Source: Candidatus Methylomirabilota bacterium (GTDB taxonomy: Bacteria; Methylomirabilota; Methylomirabilia; Rokubacteriales; CSP1-6). From it: a stretch of DNA of 64,000 nucleotides. Position 1 is the first letter of the stretch, and each line of letters starts with the position of its first letter. The stretch covers positions 8,515-72,514 of the forward strand of contig DASTCJ010000210.1 in the NCBI GenBank assembly GCA_035605575.1, read 5' to 3'. The translations under genes were made by a program, and so were the position numbers. The notes below the pieces were generated by a model. The model ran no database searches, was not told the origin of the DNA, and worked only from the letters and a program-made list of their open reading frames with translations. Shown in pieces: positions 1 to 9,527 of the stretch.

Positions 1-40
1 GCAGAAGGTCGGCGGTGAAGTGCTCGCGTATGTGTGGTGA
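1..40 (+). CDS. rpsH: 30S ribosomal protein S8, 3' end (partial)
   Basis: Frame 2 reads QKVGGEVLAYVW-stop, a typical S8 C-terminus. It lies directly upstream of rplF, as in spc operons. Confidence 0.6.
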   Translation, partial: QKVGGEVLAYVW

Positions 41-49
41 GGAGCTGAC

Positions 50-592
50 ATGTCACGCATCGGCAAGAAACCGATTCCCATTCCCCAGGGTGTGAAGGTG
101 CAGGTGGATGGTGCCAGCGTCCGCGCCGAAGGGCCGAAGGGCAAGCTCGTGCAGCCGGTGCCGCGTGGCCTCAGCGCCAAGGTCGACAACGGTATCCTGC
201 ACATCGGACGCGAAGGCGACGACCGTCAGGCTCGCGCGCTCCACGGGCTCACGCGCTCGCTAGTGGCGAACATGGTGACCGGCGTGAAGGACGGGTTCGA
301 GCGGAAGCTCGAGATCGTCGGCATCGGATATCGCGCGCAGATGCAGGGCAAGGCCATCCAGCTGGCGCTCGGCTACTCGCATCCGGTGATCTTTCCGCTG
401 CCGGAGGGCATCACCGCCGAAATCGACAAGCAGGTCGGCATCACGCTGCGTGGCGCCGACAAGGCGCTGCTCGGCGAGACAGCGGCCAAGCTGCGCTCGC
501 TGCGCAAGCCGGATCCGTACAAGGGCAAGGGCATCAAGTACGCGGGCGAGGTCATTCGCCGGAAGGTCGGCAAGAAGGCAGGCGCGAAATGA
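50..592 (+). CDS. rplF: 50S ribosomal protein L6
   Basis: 180-aa ORF starting [17 protein letters not shown], with spc-operon context. Confidence 0.95.
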   Translation: MSRIGKKPIPIPQGVKVQVDGASVRAEGPKGKLVQPVPRGLSAKVDNGILHIGREGDDRQARALHGLTRSLVANMVTGVKDGFERKLEIVGIGYRAQMQGKAIQLALGYSHPVIFPLPEGITAEIDKQVGITLRGADKALLGETAAKLRSLRKPDPYKGKGIKYAGEVIRRKVGKKAGAK

Positions 593-954
593 TCACGCGC
601 GATCGACGTGAGCCACGGGACAAGCGGCATCTCCGCCTGCGTCGCTGGGTGCGCGGCTCCGCGCAACGGCCGCGGCTCGCCGTGTTCCGCAGCCTTGGTC
701 ACATCTACGCTCAGCTCGTGGACGACGACAGCGGCAAGACGTTGCTCGCCGTCGACAGCCGGAGCAAGGCGTTCCTCGGCTCGCACAAGACCGGCGGGAA
801 CGTCGCGGCCGCCAAGGCCGTGGGCGCGCTGCTCGCCGAGAAGGCCAAGGCGGGCGGCATCAACCAGGTGGTCTTCGACCGCGGGGGGTACAAGTACCAT
901 GGGCGCGTCAAGGCGCTCGCCGACGCCGCGCGCGCGGGCGGGCTCGTGTTTTAA
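589..954 (+). CDS. rplR: 50S ribosomal protein L18
   Basis: 121-aa ORF. ATGA overlap with rplF. L18-type C-terminus [24 protein letters not shown]. Confidence 0.95.
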   Translation: MITRDRREPRDKRHLRLRRWVRGSAQRPRLAVFRSLGHIYAQLVDDDSGKTLLAVDSRSKAFLGSHKTGGNVAAAKAVGALLAEKAKAGGINQVVFDRGGYKYHGRVKALADAARAGGLVF

Positions 955-991
955 AACGGGGCGATGAAAACGGCCCATCTGCGTCGTTCAG

Positions 992-1054
992 TCGAAGGGG
1001 GCCTCGACGGCCCCCTCCGAGCCTCCCCCTCGATTGCGCGGGCGAAGCCCGCGC
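992..1054. repeat. REP-like structured palindromic element, copy A (hairpin 1 at 992-1020, hairpin 2 at 1036-1054)
   Basis: It sits in an atypical 218-bp rplR-rpsE spacer. Hairpin 1 is tcgaagggggcc-tcgac-ggccccctccga. Next comes gcctccccc, then hairpin 2, gcgcgggc-gaa-gcccgcgc. The same architecture recurs at 5455-5573. Confidence 0.6.
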
Positions 1055-1172
1055 TCGAAGCGGGAATGGCGGCTAGCAACTGGGCAATCTTGATCGGCCC
1101 TACGCGAAAGGTTCTCGTAACAATCAACAGCGAGGGAACGGGTATGTGGTCATGATGAACGGGAGAGGGTGA

Positions 1173-1718
1173 GTGGCGGAAGCGAAGATCGATCCCAGCG
1201 TGCTGGAGTTGAATGATCGCGTCGTCTCCATCAATCGTGTGGCCAAGGTCGTGAAGGGTGGTCGGCGGTTCTCCTTCACGGCGCTCGTCGTCGTCGGCGA
1301 CGGGCGCGGCCATGTCGGGGTCGGGCTGGGGAAGGCCCACGAGGTGCCGGAGGCGATCCGCAAGGCGGTCGAGCACGCGAAGAAGGACCTGATCTTCGTG
1401 CCGCTCCGCGAGACCACCATCCCGTGCGAGATCACGGGGCACTTCGGCGCGGGTCGCGTCTTCCTGAAGCCCGCCGTGCCGGGCACCGGCGTCATCGCCG
1501 GCGGAGCCGTGCGACCGGTGCTCGAGGCGGCTGGTATCCAGGACATCCTCACCAAGACGCTCGGCTCGAACAATCCGCACAACGTCCTGAAGGCCACCAT
1601 CGACGCGCTGCGCCGCATCAAGCGCTTACAGGATCTGCACGCCGTCCGTCGCAAGGGCGGCGACGGCGCGAACAACAACAACGTGGAGGAGGCGGTCGGT
1701 GCCCGGCAAGAAGCTTAG
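1173..1718 (+). CDS. rpsE: 30S ribosomal protein S5
   Basis: 181-aa ORF with a GTG start after gggagaggg. Contains the S5 motif [20 protein letters not shown]. Confidence 0.95.
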   Translation: MAEAKIDPSVLELNDRVVSINRVAKVVKGGRRFSFTALVVVGDGRGHVGVGLGKAHEVPEAIRKAVEHAKKDLIFVPLRETTIPCEITGHFGAGRVFLKPAVPGTGVIAGGAVRPVLEAAGIQDILTKTLGSNNPHNVLKATIDALRRIKRLQDLHAVRRKGGDGANNNNVEEAVGARQEA

Positions 1719-1890
1719 GATCACGCTGGTCAAGTCGATCATCGGCCTCAGCCCCAAGCAGGAGGCGACGGTGAAGGCGCTCGGCCTGCGTCGCATGCAT
1801 CAGTCCGTCTCGCACGACGACACGCCGACCGTGCGCGGGATGATCGCGGCCGTACCGCACATGCTCGAGGTGAGCCATGAGACTCGGTGA
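1699..1890 (+). CDS. rpmD: 50S ribosomal protein L30
   Basis: 63-aa [31 protein letters not shown], in the conserved position after rpsE. Confidence 0.9.
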   Translation: MPGKKLRITLVKSIIGLSPKQEATVKALGLRRMHQSVSHDDTPTVRGMIAAVPHMLEVSHETR

Positions 1891-2344
1891 TCTGCGGCCC
1901 GCACCAGGCGCGGTGAAGCGGCGCAAGCGCGTCGGCCGCGGACCCGGCTCCGGGCACGGCAAGACGTCGACGAAGGGCAACAAGGGTCACAACGCGCGAT
2001 CCGGCGGCGGCAAGGCCGGTGGCTTCGAGGGCGGCCAGATGCCCTTGTACCGGCGGCTCCCGAAGCGCGGCTTCCTGCCCCATGGCGGCAAGACGGAGTA
2101 CGCGATCGTCAATCTGAAGTCCCTCGGCGACTTCACGGCGAACAGCGTTGTCGATCCCGAGGCGCTCGTGAAGGCCGGACTGATCAAGAACTCGGGGCGT
2201 CACCTGGTGAAGATACTCGGCAGCGGTGAGCTGGGACATGCGTTGACCGTGCGAGTACACGCGGTGAGCGATTCGGCCAAGAACAAGATCGAGGCGAACG
2301 GTGGCACCGTCGAGATGCTGCCGGCGAGGGCGACCGCTTCGTGA
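1877..2344 (+). CDS. rplO: 50S ribosomal protein L15
   Basis: 155-aa ORF starting [31 protein letters not shown]. Confidence 0.95.
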   Translation: MRLGDLRPAPGAVKRRKRVGRGPGSGHGKTSTKGNKGHNARSGGGKAGGFEGGQMPLYRRLPKRGFLPHGGKTEYAIVNLKSLGDFTANSVVDPEALVKAGLIKNSGRHLVKILGSGELGHALTVRVHAVSDSAKNKIEANGGTVEMLPARATAS

Positions 2345-3669
2345 TCGAAGGGCTGGCGAGCTTCCAGAACGTCTTCAAGATTCCCGAGCTCAAGCGCCGT
2401 GTGCTGATCACGGCCGGCCTGCTGATCGCGTACCGCATTGGCGCCCACGTGCCGACGCCGGGCATCGACGGCGAGGCGCTCACGCGGGTCTTCGATCAGG
2501 CGCAGAACACGCTGCTGGGCATGGTCGATCTCTTCTCGGGCGGCAACCTGCGGCGTCTTTCCATCTTCGCGCTCGGCATCATGCCGTACATCTCCGCCTC
2601 CATCATCCTGCAGCTGCTGACCGTGGTCATTCCTGCCCTCGAGCGGCTGGCCAAGGAGGGCGAGGCCGGGCGCAAGAAGATCACGCAGTACACACGCTAC
2701 GGCACGGTCGTGCTGTCGGTCGTGCAGTCACTCGGCATCGCCTACGGTCTCGAGTCGATGCGGCCCGATGGCATCGCCATCGTGCCGCACCCGGGCTGGG
2801 GATTCAGACTGCTCACGATGATCACGCTCACCGCCGGTACCGCGCTGATCATGTGGATCGGTGAGCAGATCTCGGAGAAGGGCATCGGCAACGGCATCTC
2901 GCTGATCATCTTCGCCGGCATCGCCGTCCGGTTGCCGTCGGCGGTGGTCGCCTCCTATACCCTCATTGTCAATCGCGAGATGAGCCTGTTCACGTTCGTC
3001 GTCATCGTGGCGGCCATGGTGCTCGTCACCGCGGCCGTCGTGCTGATGCAGGAGGGGCAGCGGAAGATCCCGGTGCAGTACGCCAAGCGGGTGGTTGGCC
3101 GGCGCGTGTACGGCGGCCAGTCGACGCACATTCCGCTGCGCATCAACACCGCGGGCGTCATTCCCGTGATCTTCGCGTCCTCGCTGATCCTCTTCCCGGC
3201 CACGCTCACGCGCTTCGTGCCGCATCCGTGGATGCAGGCGATCTCGGACGCCTTGTCACCGGGACGACCGACCTACACGCTGCTCTACATGGGCCTCATC
3301 GTCTTCTTCACGTACTTCTACACGGCCATCGTGTTCAATCCGATCGACCTGGCCGACAACATGAAGAAGTACGGTGGATTCATCCCGGGCGTGCGGCCGG
3401 GCAAGAAGACCGCCGAGTACATCGACCGCGTGCTGACGCGCATTACGCTGCCGGGCGCGATCTTCCTCGCCCTCATCTCCGTGCTGCCGGACCTGCTCAT
3501 CCGCTGGTTCAACGTGCCGTTCTACTTCGGCGGGACCAGCTTGCTCATCGTCGTCGGTGTCGCCCTCGACACCGTGCGGCAGATGGAGTCGCACCTGCTG
3601 ATGCGCAACTACGAGGGCTTCCTGAAGCGGTCGCGCTCGCGCTCGGGCGCCTTCTCGCGGAGCAGCTGA
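2341..3669 (+). CDS. secY: Preprotein translocase subunit SecY
   Basis: 442-aa polytopic ORF. GTGA overlap with rplO. Carries SecY signature segments ([29 protein letters not shown]). Confidence 0.95.
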   Translation: MIEGLASFQNVFKIPELKRRVLITAGLLIAYRIGAHVPTPGIDGEALTRVFDQAQNTLLGMVDLFSGGNLRRLSIFALGIMPYISASIILQLLTVVIPALERLAKEGEAGRKKITQYTRYGTVVLSVVQSLGIAYGLESMRPDGIAIVPHPGWGFRLLTMITLTAGTALIMWIGEQISEKGIGNGISLIIFAGIAVRLPSAVVASYTLIVNREMSLFTFVVIVAAMVLVTAAVVLMQEGQRKIPVQYAKRVVGRRVYGGQSTHIPLRINTAGVIPVIFASSLILFPATLTRFVPHPWMQAISDALSPGRPTYTLLYMGLIVFFTYFYTAIVFNPIDLADNMKKYGGFIPGVRPGKKTAEYIDRVLTRITLPGAIFLALISVLPDLLIRWFNVPFYFGGTSLLIVVGVALDTVRQMESHLLMRNYEGFLKRSRSRSGAFSRSS

Positions 3670-3671
3670 GC

Positions 3672-4322
3672 GTGCGCGTGGCATTTCTCGGTCCGCCCGG
3701 CGCCGGCAAGGGAACGCAGGCGCGTGAGCTCGCGCAGGAGTGGGCGGTGCCTCACATCGCGACGGGAGACATGCTGCGCGAGGCGGCGGCGGCGGGGACC
3801 GCCCTCGGACGCGAGGCCAAGACATACATGGACAAGGGCGCGCTCGTGCCGGACGGCGTTATCATCGGCATGATTGCCGAGCGCCTGCGCGAACCGGATG
3901 CGCGCGGCGGCTTCCTGCTGGACGGATTTCCGCGAACGATCGCGCAGGCCGAGGGGCTGGAGCGGCTCCTGAAGGATCTCGGCCAGCCGCTCGAGCGCGT
4001 GATCTACTTCGACGTCGTCGAGCCGGAGCTGATGCGCCGCCTCACCGGCCGTCGGGTGTGCCGCTCGTGCGGTCACAGCTTTCACGTCGTCTCGAATCCG
4101 CCGCGACGCGACGGCGTGTGCGACCTCTGCGGCGGGGAGCTCTACCAGCGTGTCGACGACAGTGAGGGCACCGTCCGAAACCGGCTCGAGGTGTACCGGA
4201 AGCAGACCGCGCCGCTGCTCGACTGGTATACCGGCAAGGGGTTGCTCCGGACCATCCAGGGCGCCGGCAGCATCGACGAGATCGGCCGACGGGTGAAAGA
4301 CGCGGCGCGGAGGTCGCAGTGA
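3672..4322 (+). CDS. adk: Adenylate kinase with a Cys4 zinc lid
   Basis: GTG at 3672 gives VRVAFLGPPGAGKGTQ (P-loop). The lid reads CRSCGHSF...CDLCGG. The ORF-track extension back to 3228 lies inside secY in another frame. Confidence 0.9.
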   Translation: MRVAFLGPPGAGKGTQARELAQEWAVPHIATGDMLREAAAAGTALGREAKTYMDKGALVPDGVIIGMIAERLREPDARGGFLLDGFPRTIAQAEGLERLLKDLGQPLERVIYFDVVEPELMRRLTGRRVCRSCGHSFHVVSNPPRRDGVCDLCGGELYQRVDDSEGTVRNRLEVYRKQTAPLLDWYTGKGLLRTIQGAGSIDEIGRRVKDAARRSQ

Positions 4323-5092
4323 TCGAGCTGAAGTCCACGCGGGAGGTCGCGCTGATGCGCGCCGGCGGCCACATCCTGGCCGATGTGGTCAACCACCTGC
4401 GTGAGGCGGTGCGTCCCGGGCTCTCGACCCTGGAGATCGACGAGGACGTGGAGGCGTTCATCCGTGCGCGCGGTGCGCTGCCCGCCTTCAAGGGCTATCG
4501 AGGATTTCCGGCCACCGTCTGCATCTCGATCAACGAGGAAGTCGTGCACGGGATTCCGTCCGCGCATCGACGGATCAAGGACGGTGACATCGTCGGCCTT
4601 GACCTGGGGTGTATCGTTGAGGGGTATTACGCAGATTGTGCGTTCACCCTCGCCATCGGCGATGTGCCCCCGAAGGTGCAGCAGCTGCTCGACGTCACTC
4701 GCGAAAGCCTGGAGGCAGCCATCGCGGAGTGCCGTGCGGGCCGGCGGCTCTCGGACGTGTCGCACGCCGTGCAGGCCCACGTCGAGCGCCACGGCTTTTC
4801 CGTCGTGCGCGCGTTCGTCGGCCACGGTATCGGCCGCGCGCTGCACGAGGACCCGCAGATCCCGAACTTCGGCGACCCGGGTCGTGGCCCGCAGCTACGG
4901 CCGGGCATGGTGCTGGCCATCGAGCCGATGGTGACGATGGGCAGCTGGGAAGTGAAGGTGCTCGACGACGGCTGGACGGCCGTTACGCGCGACGGAAGCC
5001 TGGCCGCGCACTTCGAGCACACCATCGCAGTGACGGAGGACGGGCCCGAGGTGCTCACGAGCCGAACGGGACGCCCCGTTCAGGTCGCGTAG
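4319..5092 (+). CDS. map: Type I methionine aminopeptidase
   Basis: 257-aa ORF. GTGA overlap with adk. MetAP motifs present ([33 protein letters not shown]). Confidence 0.95.
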   Translation: MIELKSTREVALMRAGGHILADVVNHLREAVRPGLSTLEIDEDVEAFIRARGALPAFKGYRGFPATVCISINEEVVHGIPSAHRRIKDGDIVGLDLGCIVEGYYADCAFTLAIGDVPPKVQQLLDVTRESLEAAIAECRAGRRLSDVSHAVQAHVERHGFSVVRAFVGHGIGRALHEDPQIPNFGDPGRGPQLRPGMVLAIEPMVTMGSWEVKVLDDGWTAVTRDGSLAAHFEHTIAVTEDGPEVLTSRTGRPVQVA

Positions 5093-5108
5093 CGACGGCG
5101 AGACGGAC

Positions 5109-5327
5109 ATGGCCAAGGAAGATGCGATCGAGGTCGAGGGCACGGTGGTGGAGCCGCTACCGAACGCGATGTTCCGGGTGGAGCTCGAGAGCGGCCATCG
5201 GGTGCTGGCGCACGTCAGCGGGAAGATGCGGATGAACTTCATCCGGATCTTGCCGGGCGATCGCGTCAAGGTGGAGCTGTCGCCTTACGACCTCACGCGC
5301 GGTCGCATCACGTACCGGTTCAAGTAG
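5109..5327 (+). CDS. infA: Translation initiation factor IF-1
   Basis: 72-aa [30 protein letters not shown]... Confidence 0.95.
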   Translation: MAKEDAIEVEGTVVEPLPNAMFRVELESGHRVLAHVSGKMRMNFIRILPGDRVKVELSPYDLTRGRITYRFK

Positions 5328-5335
5328 GAGCAACG

Positions 5336-5449
5336 ATGAAAGTGCGGCCGTCGGTGAAGGCGCGGTGCGAGCACTGCAAGGTGGTCAAACGGCAGGGCGT
5401 GACGCGGATCATCTGCAAGAACCCGCGGCACAAGCAGAGACAAGGCTAA
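5336..5449 (+). CDS. rpmJ: 50S ribosomal protein L36
   Basis: Absent from the ORF track because it is shorter than 60 aa. My translation is [41 protein letters not shown]. Canonical position between infA and rpsM. Confidence 0.9.
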   Translation: MKVRPSVKARCEHCKVVKRQGVTRIICKNPRHKQRQG

Positions 5450-5454
5450 AGCAC

Positions 5455-5573
5455 TCGGAGGGGGCCTCGGTGGCCCCCTCCGATGCCTCCCCCAGAACGG
5501 GAAGCAGGATTGCGCCGGCAAAGCCGGCGCTCGGAAGCGGCGAGAACATAGGGGGCGCCGGCAAAGCCGGCGC
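5455..5573. repeat. REP-like structured palindromic element, copy B (hairpin 1 at 5455-5483; hairpin 2 twice, at 5512-5530 and 5555-5573)
   Basis: Located in the rpmJ-rpsM spacer. Hairpin 1 is tcggagggggcc-tcggt-ggccccctccga with a 12-bp stem. Next comes gcctccccc, then two copies of gcgccggc-aaa-gccggcgc. Relative to copy A, the hairpin 2 stem carries a compensatory C:G to G:C swap. Confidence 0.6.
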
Positions 5574-5591
5574 TCGAAACGAGGCAACGAT

Positions 5592-6008
5592 ATGGCGCGT
5601 GTGGCTGGAGTGGATTTGCCGCGGGAGAAACGCGGGGAAGTGGCGATCCAGTACATCTACGGGATCGGCAAGGCGATGGCGCTGACGATTTTGAAGAAGG
5701 CGAATGTCAATCAGCATAAGCGGGTGAAGGACTGGTCCGACGACGAAACGGCCAAGGTGCGAGAGATCATCGAGCGTGAGCACAAGGTCGAGGGTGACCT
5801 GCGACGCGAGATCTCGATGAACGTCAAGCGGCTGATGGATATCGGCTGCTATCGTGGCATCCGCCACCGTCGCGGTCTGCCCGTGCGTGGACAGCGCACG
5901 CACACCAACGCCCGCACCCGCAAGGGCCCGAGCAAGGGCGTGATGGTGAAGAAGAAGCCGACGGCGACGCCGGCACCGGCGGCGCCCAAGAAGGCGCCGG
6001 GAGCATAA
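5592..6008 (+). CDS. rpsM: 30S ribosomal protein S13 with a Lys/Pro/Ala-rich C-terminal tail
   Basis: 138-aa ORF starting [26 protein letters not shown]. Confidence 0.95.
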   Translation: MARVAGVDLPREKRGEVAIQYIYGIGKAMALTILKKANVNQHKRVKDWSDDETAKVREIIEREHKVEGDLRREISMNVKRLMDIGCYRGIRHRRGLPVRGQRTHTNARTRKGPSKGVMVKKKPTATPAPAAPKKAPGA

Positions 6009-6011
6009 CGC

Positions 6012-6425
6012 ATGGCCGAACAGACGGAAGCGAAACCCGCACCACGCAAGAAGGGCGGCAAGCGTCGCGAGCGACGCGAGGTGCGCACCGGCGTCGCCCA
6101 CATCCAGGCGACGTTCAACAACACGATCGTCACCTTGACCGACAAGAACGGCAACGTGGTGTCGTGGTCCAGCGCCGGCAGCGCCGGCTTCAAGGGCTCA
6201 CGGAAGTCGACGCCGTTCGCGGCGCAGACGGCGGCCGAGATCGCCGCCCGCAAGGCCATGGAGCACGGGCTCAAGCAGATCGAGGTCTTCGTGCGGGGAC
6301 CGGGGGCCGGCCGCGAGGCGGCGATCCGGTCGCTGCAGGCGGTCGGGCTCGAGATCACCGCGATCCGCGACGTGACGCCGATACCGCACGACGGCTGCCG
6401 GCCGCCGAAGCGGCGGCGGGTGTAG
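6012..6425 (+). CDS. rpsK: 30S ribosomal protein S11
   Basis: 137-aa ORF containing [18 protein letters not shown] and [11 protein letters not shown]. Confidence 0.95.
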   Translation: MAEQTEAKPAPRKKGGKRRERREVRTGVAHIQATFNNTIVTLTDKNGNVVSWSSAGSAGFKGSRKSTPFAAQTAAEIAARKAMEHGLKQIEVFVRGPGAGREAAIRSLQAVGLEITAIRDVTPIPHDGCRPPKRRRV

Positions 6426-6434
6426 GAGGAATCG

Positions 6435-7058
6435 ATGGCGCGGTATCGCGATGCGAAATGCCGGCTCTGCCGGCGTGAAGGGCAGAAGCTGTTCCTGAAG
6501 GGCGCGCGCTGCTTCACCGATAAGTGCGCGATCGAGCGGCGCAACTATCCGCCTGGGCAGCACGGTCTCAACCGCGGCAAACTGACGCCCTACGGCGTCC
6601 AGCTGCGCGAGAAGCAGAAGGCCAAGCGCATCTACGGCGTGCTCGAATCGCAGTTCCGCAAGTACTTCCAGTGGGCGGAGCGCGAGAAGGGCGTGACCGG
6701 CGAGAACTTGCTGCGGTTGCTGGAGCTGCGGCTCGACAACGTGGTGCACCGCCTCGGCTTCGCGGCCTCTCGCCGCGAGTCGCGGCAGATGGTCGCGCAC
6801 GGCCACTTCGCCGTGAACGGGCGGAAGGCGTCGGTGCCCTCCATACTCCTGAAGGTTGGCGACGTCGTGTCGCTGCGGCCGAACTCGAAGCTCGCCCCGC
6901 GCGTCGACGACAACGTGAACGCCGGCCGGGGCCAGACGCCGCAGTGGCTCGAGGTCGACCCGAACGAGCGGCGCGGTGTCATTCGAAGCCTGCCGCTGCG
7001 CGAGGACATCCAGATTCCGGTGGCCGAGCAGCTCATCGTCGAGCTGTACAGCAAGTAG
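6435..7058 (+). CDS. rpsD: 30S ribosomal protein S4
   Basis: 207-aa ORF starting [23 protein letters not shown], with an S4 domain. Confidence 0.95.
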   Translation: MARYRDAKCRLCRREGQKLFLKGARCFTDKCAIERRNYPPGQHGLNRGKLTPYGVQLREKQKAKRIYGVLESQFRKYFQWAEREKGVTGENLLRLLELRLDNVVHRLGFAASRRESRQMVAHGHFAVNGRKASVPSILLKVGDVVSLRPNSKLAPRVDDNVNAGRGQTPQWLEVDPNERRGVIRSLPLREDIQIPVAEQLIVELYSK

Positions 7059-7070
7059 GAGAGCGGGCGA

Positions 7071-8063
7071 ATGCCGCGGATTCCGTTTCAGAAGCCGAAA
7101 AAAGTTGAGTGGGAGATCCTGAGCGACCGCTACGGGCGGCTGGTTGGTGAACCGTTCGAAAAAGGTTACGCGCTCACAGTCGGCAATTCTCTCCGTCGTA
7201 CCCTCCTGTCGATCGTCCCCGGCGCGGCGGTGGCGTGGGTGAAGATCGACGGCGTGCGAAGCGCCGAGACGAAGATTCCCGGCGTGGTCGAGTCCACCGT
7301 CGACGTCCTGCTCAATCTCAAGAAGCTGTCGATCCAGGTACCGTCGCAGGAGCCGCGGGTGGTGCGCCTGGAGGTGAGCGGCCCGAAGACGGTGAAGGGC
7401 GAGGACGTGCCGGAGCACGACGTCGAGATCATGAATCCGGAGATCACGTTGTTCACGGTCGAGGCCGGGGCCAAGGTCTCCATGGAGCTCGGAGTGGGTG
7501 TCGGCCGCGGGTACGAAGCCGCCGATGGCAAGCGGGCGCAGACGCCGGCGGGCGCGCTGGCGGTCGACGCCGCGTTCTCGCCCATCACGCGGGTCACCTA
7601 CAACGTCGAGATGTCGCGGCTCGGCAAGGTGACGGATTATGAAAAGCTGGTCCTGGAAATCTGGACCGACGGCTCCGTGAGCCCCGACGACGCGCTCACG
7701 CGCGCGTCGACCTATCTTCGCGATCACTTCACGCCGCTCAGCGCCGGCGCGCCCGAAGAGGACGACGAGGCGGAAGCGGCGGCCGGCGACGCGTATCTGC
7801 GCGAGGCGCTCGGCAAGACCCTCGAAGAGCTGGCGCTGCCCGCGCGGGCCATCAATGCGCTCAAGGGCTCGGAGATGCATCTGGTGGCCGACCTCGTGCA
7901 GAAGACCGAAACCGATCTGGTCGACGTGAAGAACCTCGGTGAGAAATCGATCGACGAGATCAAGACCGCGTTGGCGGCGCTCGGTCTTTCGCTCGGCATG
8001 CGCATCGACCCCAACGTGCTCGGCGCGCTGGGACGTGGCGCGCCGGCCGGAGGCGTTCGATGA
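7071..8063 (+). CDS. rpoA: DNA-directed RNA polymerase subunit alpha
   Basis: 330-aa ORF with an N-terminal dimerisation domain and a C-terminal alpha-CTD ([24 protein letters not shown]). Confidence 0.95.
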   Translation: MPRIPFQKPKKVEWEILSDRYGRLVGEPFEKGYALTVGNSLRRTLLSIVPGAAVAWVKIDGVRSAETKIPGVVESTVDVLLNLKKLSIQVPSQEPRVVRLEVSGPKTVKGEDVPEHDVEIMNPEITLFTVEAGAKVSMELGVGVGRGYEAADGKRAQTPAGALAVDAAFSPITRVTYNVEMSRLGKVTDYEKLVLEIWTDGSVSPDDALTRASTYLRDHFTPLSAGAPEEDDEAEAAAGDAYLREALGKTLEELALPARAINALKGSEMHLVADLVQKTETDLVDVKNLGEKSIDEIKTALAALGLSLGMRIDPNVLGALGRGAPAGGVR

Positions 8064-8524
8064 GACATCGCAAGGACGGATTCAAGCTGGGACGGCTCAC
8101 CCAGCACCGGTGGGCGCTCTTCCGCAATCTGCTGGTGGCCCTCTTCCGTCACGAGCGGATTACGACCACCGAAGCGAAGGCCAAGGCCGTCCGCGGGCTG
8201 GCCGAGCACATGGTGACACTCGCCAAGCGTGAGAACCTGCACGCGCGCCGCCAGGTGCTCGCTATGGTGCCCGATTCTGATGTGGTCGGGACGCTGTTCG
8301 ATACGATCGCCGCCCGCTTCTCCGATCGCAATGGCGGCTACACGCGCATCGTCAAGCTCGGCCCGCGTCCGGGCGACAACGCGCCGATGGTCCTGCTGGA
8401 GCTCGTCGACCGGCCCGAAGACGGCAAGGGGCGCAAAGCCGGCGGCGACGAGAAGAAGGAAAAGCCGCCCAAAGCCGAGGCCAAGCGGAAGAAGAAGGAA
8501 AAGGCCGCCGCCGCCTCCGCCTGA
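8060..8524 (+). CDS. rplQ: 50S ribosomal protein L17 with a Lys-rich C-terminal tail
   Basis: 154-aa ORF starting [28 protein letters not shown] overlap with rpoA. Confidence 0.95.
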   Translation: MRHRKDGFKLGRLTQHRWALFRNLLVALFRHERITTTEAKAKAVRGLAEHMVTLAKRENLHARRQVLAMVPDSDVVGTLFDTIAARFSDRNGGYTRIVKLGPRPGDNAPMVLLELVDRPEDGKGRKAGGDEKKEKPPKAEAKRKKKEKAAAASA

Positions 8525-8564
8525 CGGCGGGCGCGCGGCGGCTCGCGCTGGCGCTCGTCGTCGC

Positions 8565-8588
8565 CGCGGGGGCCGCATGGCCCCCGTG
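8565..8588. terminator. GC-rich hairpin between the convergent rplQ and small ORF; likely a bidirectional terminator
   Basis: cgcgggggcc-gcat-ggcccccgtg forms a 10-bp stem including one G.U pair. There is no clear U-tract. Confidence 0.45.
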
Positions 8589-8591
8589 GGA

Positions 8592-8771
8592 TTACTCCCC
8601 GCGGATCTCCCGCAGGCGCCGCTTCAGCGTCGTCATGCGATCATTCATCTGATCCGACAGGCGCGAAGCTCCTGTCTTGCGCCTGGACTTGGCGTTGACG
8701 GGCGGCGTGGCTGCGCTGCGCGCGTGACAGTAGGCGCATCCATGCTTCAGCCCGTGCTTGCACTCGGCCAT
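8592..8771 (-). CDS. Small Cys/His-rich hypothetical protein (59 aa)
   Basis: ATG at 8771 is preceded by GAGGAGG with a 6-nt spacer. The product is MAECKHGLKHGCAYCHARS... followed by a basic, helical-looking C-terminus. I recognise no family. Confidence 0.45.
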   Translation of the reverse strand: MAECKHGLKHGCAYCHARSAATPPVNAKSRRKTGASRLSDQMNDRMTTLKRRLREIRGE

Positions 8772-8835
8772 CTGTCGCCTCCTCGTGGCTCTCAGCATAC
8801 CGGACCGCGGCGAGCGGCTCGGCGCGGGCGCTGCG

Positions 8836-9510
8836 CTACTTCAGATGCTGACGGAAGAAGCCGAGGGTCCGGCGCCACGCATCGTCGGCGGCGGCCTTGT
8901 TGTAGACGTCGGCGCGCTCGTCATTGAAGAACGCGTGGTCCACGCCTGGATAGATATGGATCTCGCTCTGCTTGCCGGCCTTCTTGATGGCCGCATCCAC
9001 ATCCTTGGCCGCCTGTGGTGTCACGAACGCATCCTTCTCCGCGAAGAGCCCGAGCACGGGGCCGCCGAGCTTCGTGTAGTCCGGCTTGACGTTGGGATGG
9101 ATGCCGTAGAAGTCCACCACCGCGCCAACGTTCGGATTCACGGTGCCCGCGAACAACGCGAGTTGCCCGCCCATGCAGAAGCCGACGGCGCCGAGCTTGG
9201 CCGTCGACGACTGCGCCGCCAGATATTTCGCCGCCCCGCGAAGATCCTTCTCGGCCTGCGCGATGTTGAGCGCCATGAACAGCTTGCCCGCCGCATCGGG
9301 CTCGCTGGCGGTCTGGCCGTGGTAGAGGTCCGGTGCCAGCGCCGAGAAGCCTTCCGCGGCAAACCGATCGCAGACGTTCTTGATGTGCCCGACGAGCCCC
9401 CACCACTCCTGGATGACCACCACCCCTGGCCCCTTGCCGTCCCTGGGCGTGGCCAGATACCCTGCCGTCTTGCCGCCGTTCGAGGGAAAGTCCACCATCT
9501 TGCCAGCCAT
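8836..9510 (-). CDS. Dienelactone hydrolase family protein
   Basis: 224-aa ORF. Contains PGVVVIQEWWGL, the nucleophile-elbow-like GFCMGG, and a C-terminal YPGVDHAF. Confidence 0.85.
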   Translation of the reverse strand: MAGKMVDFPSNGGKTAGYLATPRDGKGPGVVVIQEWWGLVGHIKNVCDRFAAEGFSALAPDLYHGQTASEPDAAGKLFMALNIAQAEKDLRGAAKYLAAQSSTAKLGAVGFCMGGQLALFAGTVNPNVGAVVDFYGIHPNVKPDYTKLGGPVLGLFAEKDAFVTPQAAKDVDAAIKKAGKQSEIHIYPGVDHAFFNDERADVYNKAAADDAWRRTLGFFRQHLK

Positions 9511-9527
9511 GGCTGTTCTCCTTTCGA

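Noticed and set aside
964-1155. 63-aa ORF inside the rplR-rpsE spacer. The 106-aa ORF at 5365-5685 spans the rpmJ-rpsM spacer in the same way.
   Set aside because: Both run straight through the palindromic repeat hairpins. Neither has an RBS, and 5365-5685 overlaps rpmJ and rpsM. The repeat-element interpretation explains the sequence better.
3228-3671. A 148-codon N-terminal extension of the adk ORF in the track.
   Set aside because: It lies wholly inside secY in a different frame. The adenylate kinase P-loop begins right after GTG 3672, 3 nt past the secY stop.
6198-7880. 560-aa ORF antisense to rpsK, rpsD and rpoA.
   Set aside because: The product is Arg/Leu/Pro/Gly-rich and low in complexity. 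The sense strand encodes unmistakable ribosomal proteins and RpoA. At this GC content stop codons are rare on the antisense strand, so long shadow ORFs are expected.
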